From: Deltaproteobacteria bacterium
GTDB taxonomy: Bacteria > Myxococcota > B64-G9
DNA: 64,000 bases
Direction of reading: 5' to 3'
Assembly (NCBI GenBank): GCA_019314375.1
Contig: JAFCZJ010000002.1
Location: 6,904 to 70,903, forward strand
How positions within the stretch are numbered: position 1 is the first letter of the stretch; every line of letters begins with the position of its first letter. This document shows positions 38,501-46,107 of the stretch, one piece after another. Below the pieces are notes generated by a model that saw nothing but the letters and a program-made list of their open reading frames with translations, was not told the origin of the DNA and did no database searches. Both the position numbers and the translations under genes were made by a program.

Positions 38501-38742
38501 ACGGCGTGTCCAATGCAGACGACAATTGTCCGGCGGTGGCTAACCCCGGTCAGGAAAACTTCGATGGCGATGCCTTAGGCGATGCCTGTGACGACAGCGA
38601 TGACTCCAGTCTTGCGGGCGGTGGTTGCGGTTGCGCGGCCGCTGTGGGCGCTGGCGCCGGGAGTGCTCCGGAGCCTGGTTTCCTTCTGCTCTTCGCTGGG
38701 CTCTTCATGCTCACGATCGTTCGACGCAGAAATCGCAATTGA
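32557..38742 (+). CDS. Large surface protein: IgGFc-binding-like N-terminal domain, thrombospondin type-3-like repeats, MYXO-CTERM sorting signal
   Basis: GSDFWVTF, LGTEYY, GTHIVADKPVSV, DHVEEQLFPV..W..EY, GDPAF, ESYGY; 16 DNCP units at 93-aa (279-bp) period; C-terminal GGGCGC...hydrophobic helix-RRRNRN. Confidence 0.88.
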   Translation: MPARRKLREDGKAFAVVILLVFSAITLFFGSCQSEDSVDLESMSQAILGDNDDDGILDEFDLDDDNDGILDSVECPSQTLAGSDFWVTFNPNYDTTGAFELYVAGDEGTEVTVDGGAPVAIDATGFLQLTYTPYELSDGVNSGRAMRVSSNGPIQLFANNYREYTVDAFTVLPDGLLGTEYYAVGYTPTVGNQISVTATEDNTSVTIGSDAAVLLDAGQTLFRAPAGDVTGTHIVADKPVSVNTGDKCLNTGAGACDHVEEQLFPVAAWASEYYVPDIPQNQQFRVIAATDGTIVNVNGSVAATLNAGQYYSSSIAPAYVVTSEPTEVYIIAMGESSTGDPAFILLPGASNGVGNATFGALKSDNVNTVIVVIPTAATGTLLLDGAPVTQTFVPIPGTTVSYVQIPVAYGTHTLVADQAFIPISWGEKSAESYGYVAGYGFPSEPGTCGTDTDGDGIPDSFDLDSDGDGICDVVEAGGVDDNGDCIADGPIDGDGVPDSAGGGTEPPDSDGDGTPDNQDTDSDNDGVNDDLDSAVLDPFVCRDVDADSCDDCSVTGADESGGDVANDGTDTDGDGVCNDSDTDDDGDGILDGVDNCPLTPNAGQEDFDNDGEGDACDVDADNDGSPDVDDSDDANPNVCSDTDGDSCEDCISGHYDPANDGADLDGDGLCDAGDPDDDGDGVDDGSDNCPTVANAGQENFDGDSMGDACDPDDDNDGSLDGDDSDDANANVCSDTDGDGCEDCTSGSYDPTADGADLDGDGLCDAGDPDDDGDGVVDGSDNCPMIANAGQENFDGDTEGDACDADDDNDGSLDVDDSDDFNANVCSDSDGDTCDDCSSGSYDPSSDGPDSDGDGLCDVGDPDDDGDGVDDGSDNCPMIANAGQENFDGDGAGDACDADDDNDGALDGVDSDDFNANVCSDTDSDGCEDCSSGSYDPANDGLDSDGDGLCDAGDSDDDGDGVDDGVDNCPMIANPGQENFDGDSQGDACDADDDNDGSLDGDDSDDFNANVCSDTDGDSCDDCSSGSYDPSSDGDDLDGDGLCDAGDTDDDGDGVADGSDNCPMVANAGQENFDGDSMGDACDPDDDNDGSLDGDDSDDANANVCSDTDGDGCEDCSSGSYDPADDGADLDGDGLCDSGDADDDGDGVDDGSDNCPVIANADQANFDGDSMGDACDPDDDNDGSLDGDDSNDNNPNVCSDSDGDSCDDCLSGSYDPSSDGDDLDGDGLCDTGDTDDDGDGVADGSDNCPMIANAGQENFDGDSQGDACDADDDNDGALDGDDSDDFNANVCSDHDGDSCDDCSSGSYDPSSDGADLDGDGLCDAGDTDDDGDGVDDGSDNCPTVANAGQSNFDGDSQGDACDPDDDNDSALDGDDSDDFNPNVCSDSDGDTCDDCSSGSYDPASDGVDFDGDGLCDAGDPDDDGDGVDDGSDNCPMIANAGQENFDGDSQGDACDADDDDDGALDGDDSDDFNANVCSDTDGDTCDDCSSGTYDPADDGVDSDGDGACDAGDDDTDGDGVENAGDNCPTVANAGQENFDGDTEGDACDADDDNDGSLDVDDSDAFNPMVCSDTDGDGCEDCFSGSYDPADDGADLDGDGLCDSGDADDDGDGVDDGSDNCPVIANAGQENFDGDSQGDACDADDDNDGALDGDDSDDNNPNVCSDTDDDGCDDCSSGSYDPSADGVDFDSDGLCDAGDADDDGDGVDDGSDNCPMIANAGQENFDGDSQGDACDADDDNDGALDEDDSDDFNANVCSDTDGDSCDDCSSGIYDPADDGLDTDGDGACDAGDGDDDEDGVDDAEDNCPLVANAGQENFDGDEEGDACDADDDNDGSLDVDDSDDANPNVCSDTDEDTCDDCSSGIYDPAEDGLDLDGDGVCDAGDADDDDDGVDDDSDNCPELANPGQENFDGDSQGDACDPDDDNDGALDGDDSDDLNPNVCSDTDGDTCDDCSSGIYDPALDGVDTDGDGICDAGSQDDDGDGVSNADDNCPAVANPGQENFDGDALGDACDDSDDSSLAGGGCGCAAAVGAGAGSAPEPGFLLLFAGLFMLTIVRRRNRN

Positions 38743-38782
38743 GCTAATTGGGACTCCCCGTACTCATCTGGAGGGTGACGAT

Positions 38783-40612
38783 ATGCACCGGATTACTTTC
38801 GTAGTGATGTCTCTGATGATGCTGTTGGTGCTGGCTTCGACTGCGCAAGCACAAGCGGTTGGCGATGGTCTGGACACGGAGCGCTTCAAACCCTCTGCCG
38901 ACAGTCAGGGCTTGATCCTGACCGAAGGAGGGCAGGGAGAGCTCGCCTGGGACTTCAACCTGGGACTCTACCTCCACTACTCGCGGCAACCGCTGGTCAT
39001 CAACGACGCCGATGGGAATCTGCTGTATTCCCTCGTCGACAATCGCATGGCTGCCGACCTGTATTTCTCCATGGGTGTGACCGACTGGTTGACCCTGGCC
39101 GTGGATGTCCCCGTTTTTCTCTACCAGAGCGGAGAGACGCTGGGCGCGAGCAATGAGAGCCTGAGTCTGACCTCCGCGGGCTTTGGAGACATTCGGGTGT
39201 CGCCAAAGTTTACCCTCCTGCGTCAATCACGCTTCGGTGTTTCTCTGGCCCTGAGCGTGCCCGTGACCCTGCCATCGGGAGATGAGTCAGCCTATCAGGG
39301 CAGCGATTCAGTCACCGTCATGCCGACCGTGGCCGCATCCCGGACCTTCTTTTCCGACAAGCTGTTGGTGGCGGCCAACCTGGGCTTCTGGCTCAAGGGA
39401 AACGCAGAGATGAAGGATTTGAACGCTGGACACGAGATGTTTTACAAGGCCGGCGCCAAATATGGCTTCATCGAAGACTGGGCAGCCTCCGCAGAGTTGG
39501 CGGGTGGCGCGCGCATCGAGAGCATGGGGAGCAATTTGCCCAGCGAAACCCCTATGGAAGTTCTGGCCGCGGTGCATTATTCCGCGCCCTTGGACATGCA
39601 GGTCGTCCTGGGTGGAGGCGTGGGCGCGTTGCCTGGCTGGGGAACTCCGAATTTCCGCGCCTTCCTGGGCCTGAGTTGGTCCCCCCGGATTAAAGATCAG
39701 GATGGAGACGGGGTTGAAGACGAGCAGGATCGCTGCCGAACCGAGAAAGGCCCTGCAGAGAACGATGGTTGCCCCTGGGGGGATTCGGACGGGGACGGCC
39801 TGACCGATGATCAGGATGCCTGCGCAAAGACCGCGGGACCCCAAGAGAACAAGGGTTGCCCCTGGGGCGACGCGGACAAAGACCGTGTGACGGACAATGT
39901 AGACAAGTGCCCCAAGCAGGCCGGGCCCACCGACAACCAGGGTTGCCCCTGGGGCGATGCGGACAAAGATGGCCTGGCGGACAATCTGGACGCCTGCCCC
40001 GAGCAAGCCGGGCCCGAAGACAACAAGGGTTGTCCCTCGCAGGATTCGGATGGCGATGGCCTGATGGATTACGAGGACAAGTGCCCGAATGAGGCCGAGG
40101 ACATAGACAAATTTGAAGACGAAGACGGCTGTCCCGATCTGGATAACGATCAAGATGGCATCGCTGACGGGCGTGATAAGTGCCCAAATGAGGCTGAGGT
40201 CATCAACGGCTTCGAAGACGAGGACGGCTGTCCGGACAAGGGAAAGGTCGTGGTCGTCGTCAAGAAGGACAAGATCGAGATCATGAAGAAAGTCTACTTC
40301 GCCACCTCAAAGGCCACCATTCAGCGTGAGTCTTTCAGCTTGCTGGATCAGGTGGCTCAGACCCTTCGGGCGCATTCCGAACTCAAGAAGGTTCGCATCG
40401 AGGGCCACACCGATGACAGTGGGCCGGACAGCTTCAACTTGAAGTTGAGCCAGCAGCGCGCCGAAGCGGTTCGGACCTACCTGGTGGGCAAAGGCGTCCC
40501 AGCGGAACGCCTGGTAGCCGAAGGCTTCGGCGAGACCAAGCCCATCGCGCCCAACAAGACCCGCAGCGGTCGGAGCCAGAACCGCCGGGTGGAATTCGTC
40601 ATCGTCGAATAG
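38783..40612 (+). CDS. TraB-like outer-membrane protein: beta-barrel, TSP3 repeats, OmpA C-terminal domain
   Basis: GGAGG RBS; signal peptide AQA; ERFKP, GFGDIRVSPK, GWGTPNFR; DxDxDG...DxCP repeats; VRIEGHTD, LSQQRAEAV, GFGETKPI, NRRVEF. Confidence 0.88.
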   Translation: MHRITFVVMSLMMLLVLASTAQAQAVGDGLDTERFKPSADSQGLILTEGGQGELAWDFNLGLYLHYSRQPLVINDADGNLLYSLVDNRMAADLYFSMGVTDWLTLAVDVPVFLYQSGETLGASNESLSLTSAGFGDIRVSPKFTLLRQSRFGVSLALSVPVTLPSGDESAYQGSDSVTVMPTVAASRTFFSDKLLVAANLGFWLKGNAEMKDLNAGHEMFYKAGAKYGFIEDWAASAELAGGARIESMGSNLPSETPMEVLAAVHYSAPLDMQVVLGGGVGALPGWGTPNFRAFLGLSWSPRIKDQDGDGVEDEQDRCRTEKGPAENDGCPWGDSDGDGLTDDQDACAKTAGPQENKGCPWGDADKDRVTDNVDKCPKQAGPTDNQGCPWGDADKDGLADNLDACPEQAGPEDNKGCPSQDSDGDGLMDYEDKCPNEAEDIDKFEDEDGCPDLDNDQDGIADGRDKCPNEAEVINGFEDEDGCPDKGKVVVVVKKDKIEIMKKVYFATSKATIQRESFSLLDQVAQTLRAHSELKKVRIEGHTDDSGPDSFNLKLSQQRAEAVRTYLVGKGVPAERLVAEGFGETKPIAPNKTRSGRSQNRRVEFVIVE

Positions 40613-40734
40613 CCGAGGCGCCCGGTCGGGCCCCTTCTCTCCTTGCGTCTTTTGTTCCGGGAATTTTATACTTACCGTTGAGCATTCGATGTCTGACGCC
40701 AATTTGAGGGTCGCGAGGTTTCCATGATGAAAAG

Positions 40735-42804
40735 GTGACATGGGTCTGGCTGTTTTTGTTTGTTCTGACTGGGGCTTTGATGCTGATGGGCTGTGACGAT
40801 GACGCGGGCGACTCGGATGCCTTGCCGCCCGTATACGTGACCTTTTACTCTCACAACGAGGAGGGTGGTTACTGGGAGAGCCTGGTGGATGATTCCGTGG
40901 CCTACGGTGAGTACCGCGCGGATCTGGTGGCCAAGATTACGCTTTTGCGCCAGCATGGGGCCGTGCTCAACTGGGAGAGCGATCACTCGGTGCTTCGAGC
41001 CATGGCGGCGCACGAGCAGGGCGCGTTGCTGGATGAGACCCAAGGGAAGAACGTCCTCGCCTGGATGGTGGAGGACATGGGGATGGTGGTGGACCCTCAC
41101 GGTCACCTCACCACGTATAACTACGCGGATCTGGCGCATTTGATTCAGGAGTTGGGGGTCAGCCCTTCCGGGGTGGTGGGTGGTTTTGCAATCTATGCCT
41201 GCGGGGCCACCGAGGGGGTCTTCGATCAACTGGATTGGCGGGCCGCGCTGGAGATCGATGAGGAGGGGCTCATCCACGGACGAGCCTATCCCGAGGCCAC
41301 ATGGCGACCCGTGGTTTTGGCCCAACCGGCCATGCGGGGGCACTCGTTGGATGAGTTCAGCTCCGGCGTCTGGCGTCCCGAAGACGTGGGTGAGGGCGGT
41401 GACTTTCTGATCCACGATCCCGACTCTGAGTTCATCACCGTGGGTCAGGGTTATCCGCATGACCGCAACAACATCGGGGACGTGAACAGTGGAGGGGCCA
41501 CCATTTGGTACGAAGACGCGGCCTATGTTCGGGAGCTTTCCGAGAAGATTCAATCCGGGACGGTCCCCGCGAACGGCTTTTACACCGCGTCGATTCACCT
41601 GAGGGATCTTCCTGAGCTGCCCGGGATGGGGCCCACCATCGATGGTTTGCGAGCGACACTCGAGGCGCTTACCGAACTGGTGGCCGATGGGCGTGTGATC
41701 TACATGGACTATGAAGAGGTCGTGGAGGTCTGGGAGGATACGCATCACGGTATGCCCAGTCGCTTGGGCATCGAGGAGTTCAGCATCTACGATGATCTCA
41801 TGGCCGAGGTGAATGAGTTGTGCTGGGGAGAGCAGGAGAGCTGTTTGGTTGTGGGATGCCCCGAAGGGGAGGTTTGCGTCCCCGAGGCGGAACGCTGCGT
41901 TCCTGACTGTCGGATTCCAGGCAACACCTGTCCTGAACAGATGCCTGTCTGTGATGAGCAGACGGGATTCTGCCAGGCGGGGACCGCCGTGGACGTGACG
42001 AGTGTGGAGTTCCTGGTCACCAACCCCACCAGTGGCGTGGACTGGTGGGCGAAGGCCTTTTACCCCAGCGACGCCGGGTCGGCGAAGCGATATCCCACGA
42101 TGGTGAAGGTCCCTGGCGGGAGCGGGGCCGGGAGCGCGTCGGAGGATTCCCCGGATCTGGATCGGCGCCCGGACCTCCAGGCCGCCGAGGGCTATGTGGT
42201 GGTCATCTTTGACGCGGACGGCCGCGGCAACACGGCTGGGACCGAGGACTACTGTGGTCACATCCACCAGGACGGTCTGGCGGTGCTCATCGAGACGGTG
42301 GCGAGTTGGGATGTGGTGGACGTGGACCGTCTGGCGCTGTTCACCTCGTCGTATGGGATCACCATGGGGAGCGGTGTGCTGGCGCGATACCCCGAGCTTC
42401 CTGTTCTCTTTTTGTTGGATTGGGAGGGACCGGCGAATCGAATGGACACGGGGCATTGCGATGCGGACAACACCGGGCACATCACCCATGACTGTGATGA
42501 TGACCTTTGGTGGTCCGAGCGGGAGGCTGCCGTCTTCATGACCCAGGTGGCGGTTCCTTATCTGCGAATGCAGGAAGTCCAGGACCACGCCCAACCCGAC
42601 AACCTTCACGCCATTTTGATGGTGAACAATGCCACCCACACCAGCCACGGGGGAGGCGGGTTGTCTCCATGGACCTGCGTGAACGGCCCCGAGGTGAACC
42701 CGATCAACACGACTTATTCCGAGACGGAGCCGCCCGTCTACCAGCAGGATTTGTCGGCGGGCCCTGGCGTCTGGGGCCCCATGTTTACCCTCCATGCCCC
42801 CTGA
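40735..42804 (+). CDS. Lipoprotein: N-terminal domain of unknown function, Cys-rich linker, C-terminal alpha/beta hydrolase
   Basis: Lipobox LMGC; YPTMVKVPGG, GYVVVIFDADGRGNT, nucleophile-elbow-like FTSSYG; start ambiguous (see findings). Confidence 0.72.
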   Translation: MTWVWLFLFVLTGALMLMGCDDDAGDSDALPPVYVTFYSHNEEGGYWESLVDDSVAYGEYRADLVAKITLLRQHGAVLNWESDHSVLRAMAAHEQGALLDETQGKNVLAWMVEDMGMVVDPHGHLTTYNYADLAHLIQELGVSPSGVVGGFAIYACGATEGVFDQLDWRAALEIDEEGLIHGRAYPEATWRPVVLAQPAMRGHSLDEFSSGVWRPEDVGEGGDFLIHDPDSEFITVGQGYPHDRNNIGDVNSGGATIWYEDAAYVRELSEKIQSGTVPANGFYTASIHLRDLPELPGMGPTIDGLRATLEALTELVADGRVIYMDYEEVVEVWEDTHHGMPSRLGIEEFSIYDDLMAEVNELCWGEQESCLVVGCPEGEVCVPEAERCVPDCRIPGNTCPEQMPVCDEQTGFCQAGTAVDVTSVEFLVTNPTSGVDWWAKAFYPSDAGSAKRYPTMVKVPGGSGAGSASEDSPDLDRRPDLQAAEGYVVVIFDADGRGNTAGTEDYCGHIHQDGLAVLIETVASWDVVDVDRLALFTSSYGITMGSGVLARYPELPVLFLLDWEGPANRMDTGHCDADNTGHITHDCDDDLWWSEREAAVFMTQVAVPYLRMQEVQDHAQPDNLHAILMVNNATHTSHGGGGLSPWTCVNGPEVNPINTTYSETEPPVYQQDLSAGPGVWGPMFTLHAP

Positions 42805-42880
42805 GATGGGTTGCGAACCTGCCGAATTCGCGAAATCCAACAATCACTCACAGATGCTTTGCAGGATTCCTGTCAGGTGG

Positions 42881-44434
42881 CTATTCTTGCTCTTCTTCCT
42901 TAAGTTCTTTCAGTTCTTCCGCCAGCTTTTTGTGCTTTGGAAACAATCGGCCCATCCAGCGTAACAGTTTGCTTCGATAATCATATTGCTCAGCCGACAT
43001 GAGCATGGAAGAAATGCTCAAACCCAATTCAATACCTTGGTTTGCTTGGGCCTCTTTGGCGCTTGGCGAGGTCGCCAACCAGGACATGTACAGGTCCATG
43101 CCCAGCATCGTGGATTCAGCAACCATCATGTCTTTGACAACCTCCAGCATGGCGGACGAGGTGCTCTTTGCCCCGAGATCCAATCCCTCTTTTTTGCATC
43201 TCCTGGCAAATGCATCAGCGTTTTCCTTGGCCTGAATTGAAGCCAGGTACAAAGCAGCCATTCGATACTTTGGGGCCGTTGGTTTTTTTTGAAGCATGGG
43301 AACCAGCAAGTCTGATGCCTCGGCGAGATTCTCCATGCCGACAAGCAGCAGGGCTTTTTGCCAGAGTATTTCATCCTGGTCGTATGGCTTCGGCTTGACT
43401 ATTTCACCCTGGTCTTTTTGCGGCAACGGCCAACGATAAACAGCACCCATCGCATCGATAGCATGCACATTTTTACCATCATCTCTGACGTGAACAATCC
43501 CAGCATCTCTGCCAGTGTCAAAAGACACAAGTCGATTGTTTTGCCGAAACCAAAGCACCACCTGCCCATCCGAGGTCCCCCAGATAATCCGACTGGCATC
43601 CCTGCAGGTGGAAAGGGTTGAGATGCCCCACTTCTGTTTGAGCAGCAACCCTTTGTCCCTCTGGGCAATCCGAACGCTCTCTCTGTCGGCGGTCAGCGTT
43701 TCTGACTTGGTTTTGACGGCACCCACCGCTCCTTCTTTGTGAGGTGCAGTGAAAGTAATCACCTTGCATGACGAAAGAGATGCAACAAAAAGCGTGGTAT
43801 TGGCAATGCCTGGGTTGTTCGATCCACATCGAATGCCGATGTGTTGGTCATCCAACATGAAGGTCTGTCGGGTGATTGTCATGTAGGGATGCTGGATCGA
43901 ACACTTGGCCTTTCCCGAGGCAACATCCCAAACAACAACACCCCCATTGTGATGTGTAAGTAATGTATCGCCACCAACAAAAGCCGGGGCACCATAACTG
44001 GCAGGCAGGCTGGATGATGGCCCCACAAAATTCATTTCAAAACGTTTCCCGATGGCCGCGCCGGGATCGCCCTTCCATGCCAGGCTGCCCTTTGCGGTAT
44101 CCCAGAGCTGCAATCCTCCATCGCGTTTGACAAAAGCCACATGCCTCGCATTTGCGGAAACGTCGTACCAAAACCCAGGCGTGTTGTCGGGGTTGCCGAT
44201 TGGTAAGGACTTGGGTGCGTGTCCGGTTGCGGCGTATACATCAATGGTTTTTCCACGCTGAACAACAAAGGAGCCATCTGAGGAATGGGCAACGACCTTG
44301 CCCTTCGCGTCAAATTGAATCCCAGGCGCTCCCTTGGATTCACAACGGCTACAACCCGACGACCAAGCCACGGAGATCAGCAGCGACCAAACAACTGAAA
44401 GCAACGGCCCTATTTTTGTCATTTTGATAGACAT
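42881..44434 (-). CDS. WD40-like repeat protein, probable lipoprotein
   Basis: Hydrophobic leader with SSGC; GGLQLWD, GGVVVWD, GQVVLW, GAVYRW repeat ends; helical C-terminus. Confidence 0.68.
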   Translation of the reverse strand: MSIKMTKIGPLLSVVWSLLISVAWSSGCSRCESKGAPGIQFDAKGKVVAHSSDGSFVVQRGKTIDVYAATGHAPKSLPIGNPDNTPGFWYDVSANARHVAFVKRDGGLQLWDTAKGSLAWKGDPGAAIGKRFEMNFVGPSSSLPASYGAPAFVGGDTLLTHHNGGVVVWDVASGKAKCSIQHPYMTITRQTFMLDDQHIGIRCGSNNPGIANTTLFVASLSSCKVITFTAPHKEGAVGAVKTKSETLTADRESVRIAQRDKGLLLKQKWGISTLSTCRDASRIIWGTSDGQVVLWFRQNNRLVSFDTGRDAGIVHVRDDGKNVHAIDAMGAVYRWPLPQKDQGEIVKPKPYDQDEILWQKALLLVGMENLAEASDLLVPMLQKKPTAPKYRMAALYLASIQAKENADAFARRCKKEGLDLGAKSTSSAMLEVVKDMMVAESTMLGMDLYMSWLATSPSAKEAQANQGIELGLSISSMLMSAEQYDYRSKLLRWMGRLFPKHKKLAEELKELKEEEQE

Positions 44435-44461
44435 CGATTGGCCTCTGCTCTTGGTGGGTTG

Positions 44462-45274
44462 CTATGGGATGGGCACCGAGACCGAGTTGTAGTCGTCTAT
44501 TGTGATCTTGGCTTCTCCGAACAGGAAGGAACTTGAGAACTCGGCTCTGATCGTGTGACCGGATGCGGTCTGGATGATCAGGGTGCCCTCCTTGGGGAGA
44601 AGGCCTCCTTCGTATTCCAGATTTTCGAAAGTGATGCTGTCGTCTCCTGCCTCCGACAGCAATTGGGCCGATCCATCGAGCAGGATGGTCGAACCGCCGA
44701 TGATCGGAATGCCCGCTCGCAATCCCACGGTGAGATCCATGGAATAGGCTTGTTCCGTGCCTGGGATTTCTCCCGCACCCCGGGCCCAGTAATGACTTTC
44801 GTCTCCGCAAGTCCCATATCCGGCGCTGCTGCCGAGCAAGATGCCGTCGATTTGGAGTTGGCTGAAGTCGGCTTCCAGGTCCATGCGATCCGTTCCGCCC
44901 GAGTACATAAAAGTGATCGTGCCGGCCAGGGTCGTGTCGTGTATCTCACAGCCCCCCGCGGGAAAGGTGATGGTGACCAGGTCGGCTTCTTCTCCCTGCG
45001 CCTGGGTGGAAATGGTCGCGCAAGCGTGTTCGATCTCGAAGTCCGCGATGATATCGCCGACGAAGGTGCCTCGCGGTTCTTCGCATTCGTAAGTTGGGAG
45101 CAGACCCAGCATTTCGAGGGCTGTCTTGCCCTGCTCGGCCACATCCGCGGCGAGTCCCACCATGTCGCCGGCCCAATCGATGTCTTCCTGGCTCGGTAGA
45201 TTGAGCGTCTCGCCGCAGGATGGGAGAAGGGAGAACATAGCCAGCGTCAAGGCGACAAGGGCCGCATTTTTCAT
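44462..45274 (-). CDS. Hypothetical lipoprotein
   Basis: AAGGAGG RBS; lipobox LPSC; beta-rich sequence. Confidence 0.75.
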   Translation of the reverse strand: MKNAALVALTLAMFSLLPSCGETLNLPSQEDIDWAGDMVGLAADVAEQGKTALEMLGLLPTYECEEPRGTFVGDIIADFEIEHACATISTQAQGEEADLVTITFPAGGCEIHDTTLAGTITFMYSGGTDRMDLEADFSQLQIDGILLGSSAGYGTCGDESHYWARGAGEIPGTEQAYSMDLTVGLRAGIPIIGGSTILLDGSAQLLSEAGDDSITFENLEYEGGLLPKEGTLIIQTASGHTIRAEFSSSFLFGEAKITIDDYNSVSVPIP

Positions 45275-45358
45275 CTCGTACCTCCTTCGATTCTTTGGTG
45301 TTCTACTATACCCGAACCAGGTATGCTTTTTGAAATCCTAAATAAAGGGGTGTCGGAC

Positions 45359-46072
45359 ATGAATACGCGACTGACCTTGGCCTTGATTGCTATTTTCAGC
45401 CTGCTGCTGGCAGCGCCCGTTGTGTCGGCTCAGGACGTCATTGTGCAGGTGGTCTTGAAAAAGGCGCAACGAAATAATGCTCTGGCCCAAGAGGCAAAGA
45501 AGCTATTCGATGCCGCCTTGAACAAGCGGGGCATCCAGGCAAAAGATGGTGTCAAATCCTTGGACTGGGAGATCGTGCTGGAGGTCGTCAAGAACAGGTC
45601 GTCGGGCGGTAAATCGGTCAGCGTGACTTTGAACGCCAGGGCCCATGAGGCAGGCAACCGCGGACGGATGGGCGGGATGGCCACCGGCATGACCCAGCCC
45701 TTTCCTCTGGGTGACAAGCCGGCGGAGGCGAAGGCCCTGCAAGAGGCTGTCGACAAGATGGCGGACGAGCTGGCGGCACAGCTCAAGAAGGCTGCTCAAC
45801 ACGCCGCCCGGCGTGGCAAGGTTTTTGACATTCACCTGACCAATGCCCCGAATGGATATGCCCCGATCGTCCACAGAGCGTTGAAACGAATGTGCAGCAG
45901 GGTCAAGGCCAAAATGATGGGGAAGAATCAGGGATCATTCACCTGCACGAGCAAAGAAATAAAAATGTCGGAGCTGGAAGCGAGTCTCGGGGCAGCTTTG
46001 GGTAAGAAATTTCCAGGCAAAAGCTATAAAATGGAAAAGAAGGGCCAGCTTTTGATTGTGGTTTTCGAATGA
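45359..46072 (+). CDS. Secreted basic hypothetical protein
   Basis: Signal peptide MNTRLTLALIAIFSLLLAAPVVSA; start inferred. Confidence 0.7.
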   Translation: MNTRLTLALIAIFSLLLAAPVVSAQDVIVQVVLKKAQRNNALAQEAKKLFDAALNKRGIQAKDGVKSLDWEIVLEVVKNRSSGGKSVSVTLNARAHEAGNRGRMGGMATGMTQPFPLGDKPAEAKALQEAVDKMADELAAQLKKAAQHAARRGKVFDIHLTNAPNGYAPIVHRALKRMCSRVKAKMMGKNQGSFTCTSKEIKMSELEASLGAALGKKFPGKSYKMEKKGQLLIVVFE

Positions 46073-46107
46073 GGCCTTGGCCGGAAGTGATGGATGAGCA
46101 GGCCTGA

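Noticed and set aside
33761..38738. Many short overlapping ORFs inside the 2061-aa gene
   Set aside because: They recur with the 279-bp repeat period and are frame shadows of Asp/Gly-rich codons
40672..42843. 723-aa antisense ORF (similar ones at 984-2312, 14772-16316 and 46816-48117)
   Set aside because: Mirror of well-supported genes in high-GC DNA; no recognisable motifs
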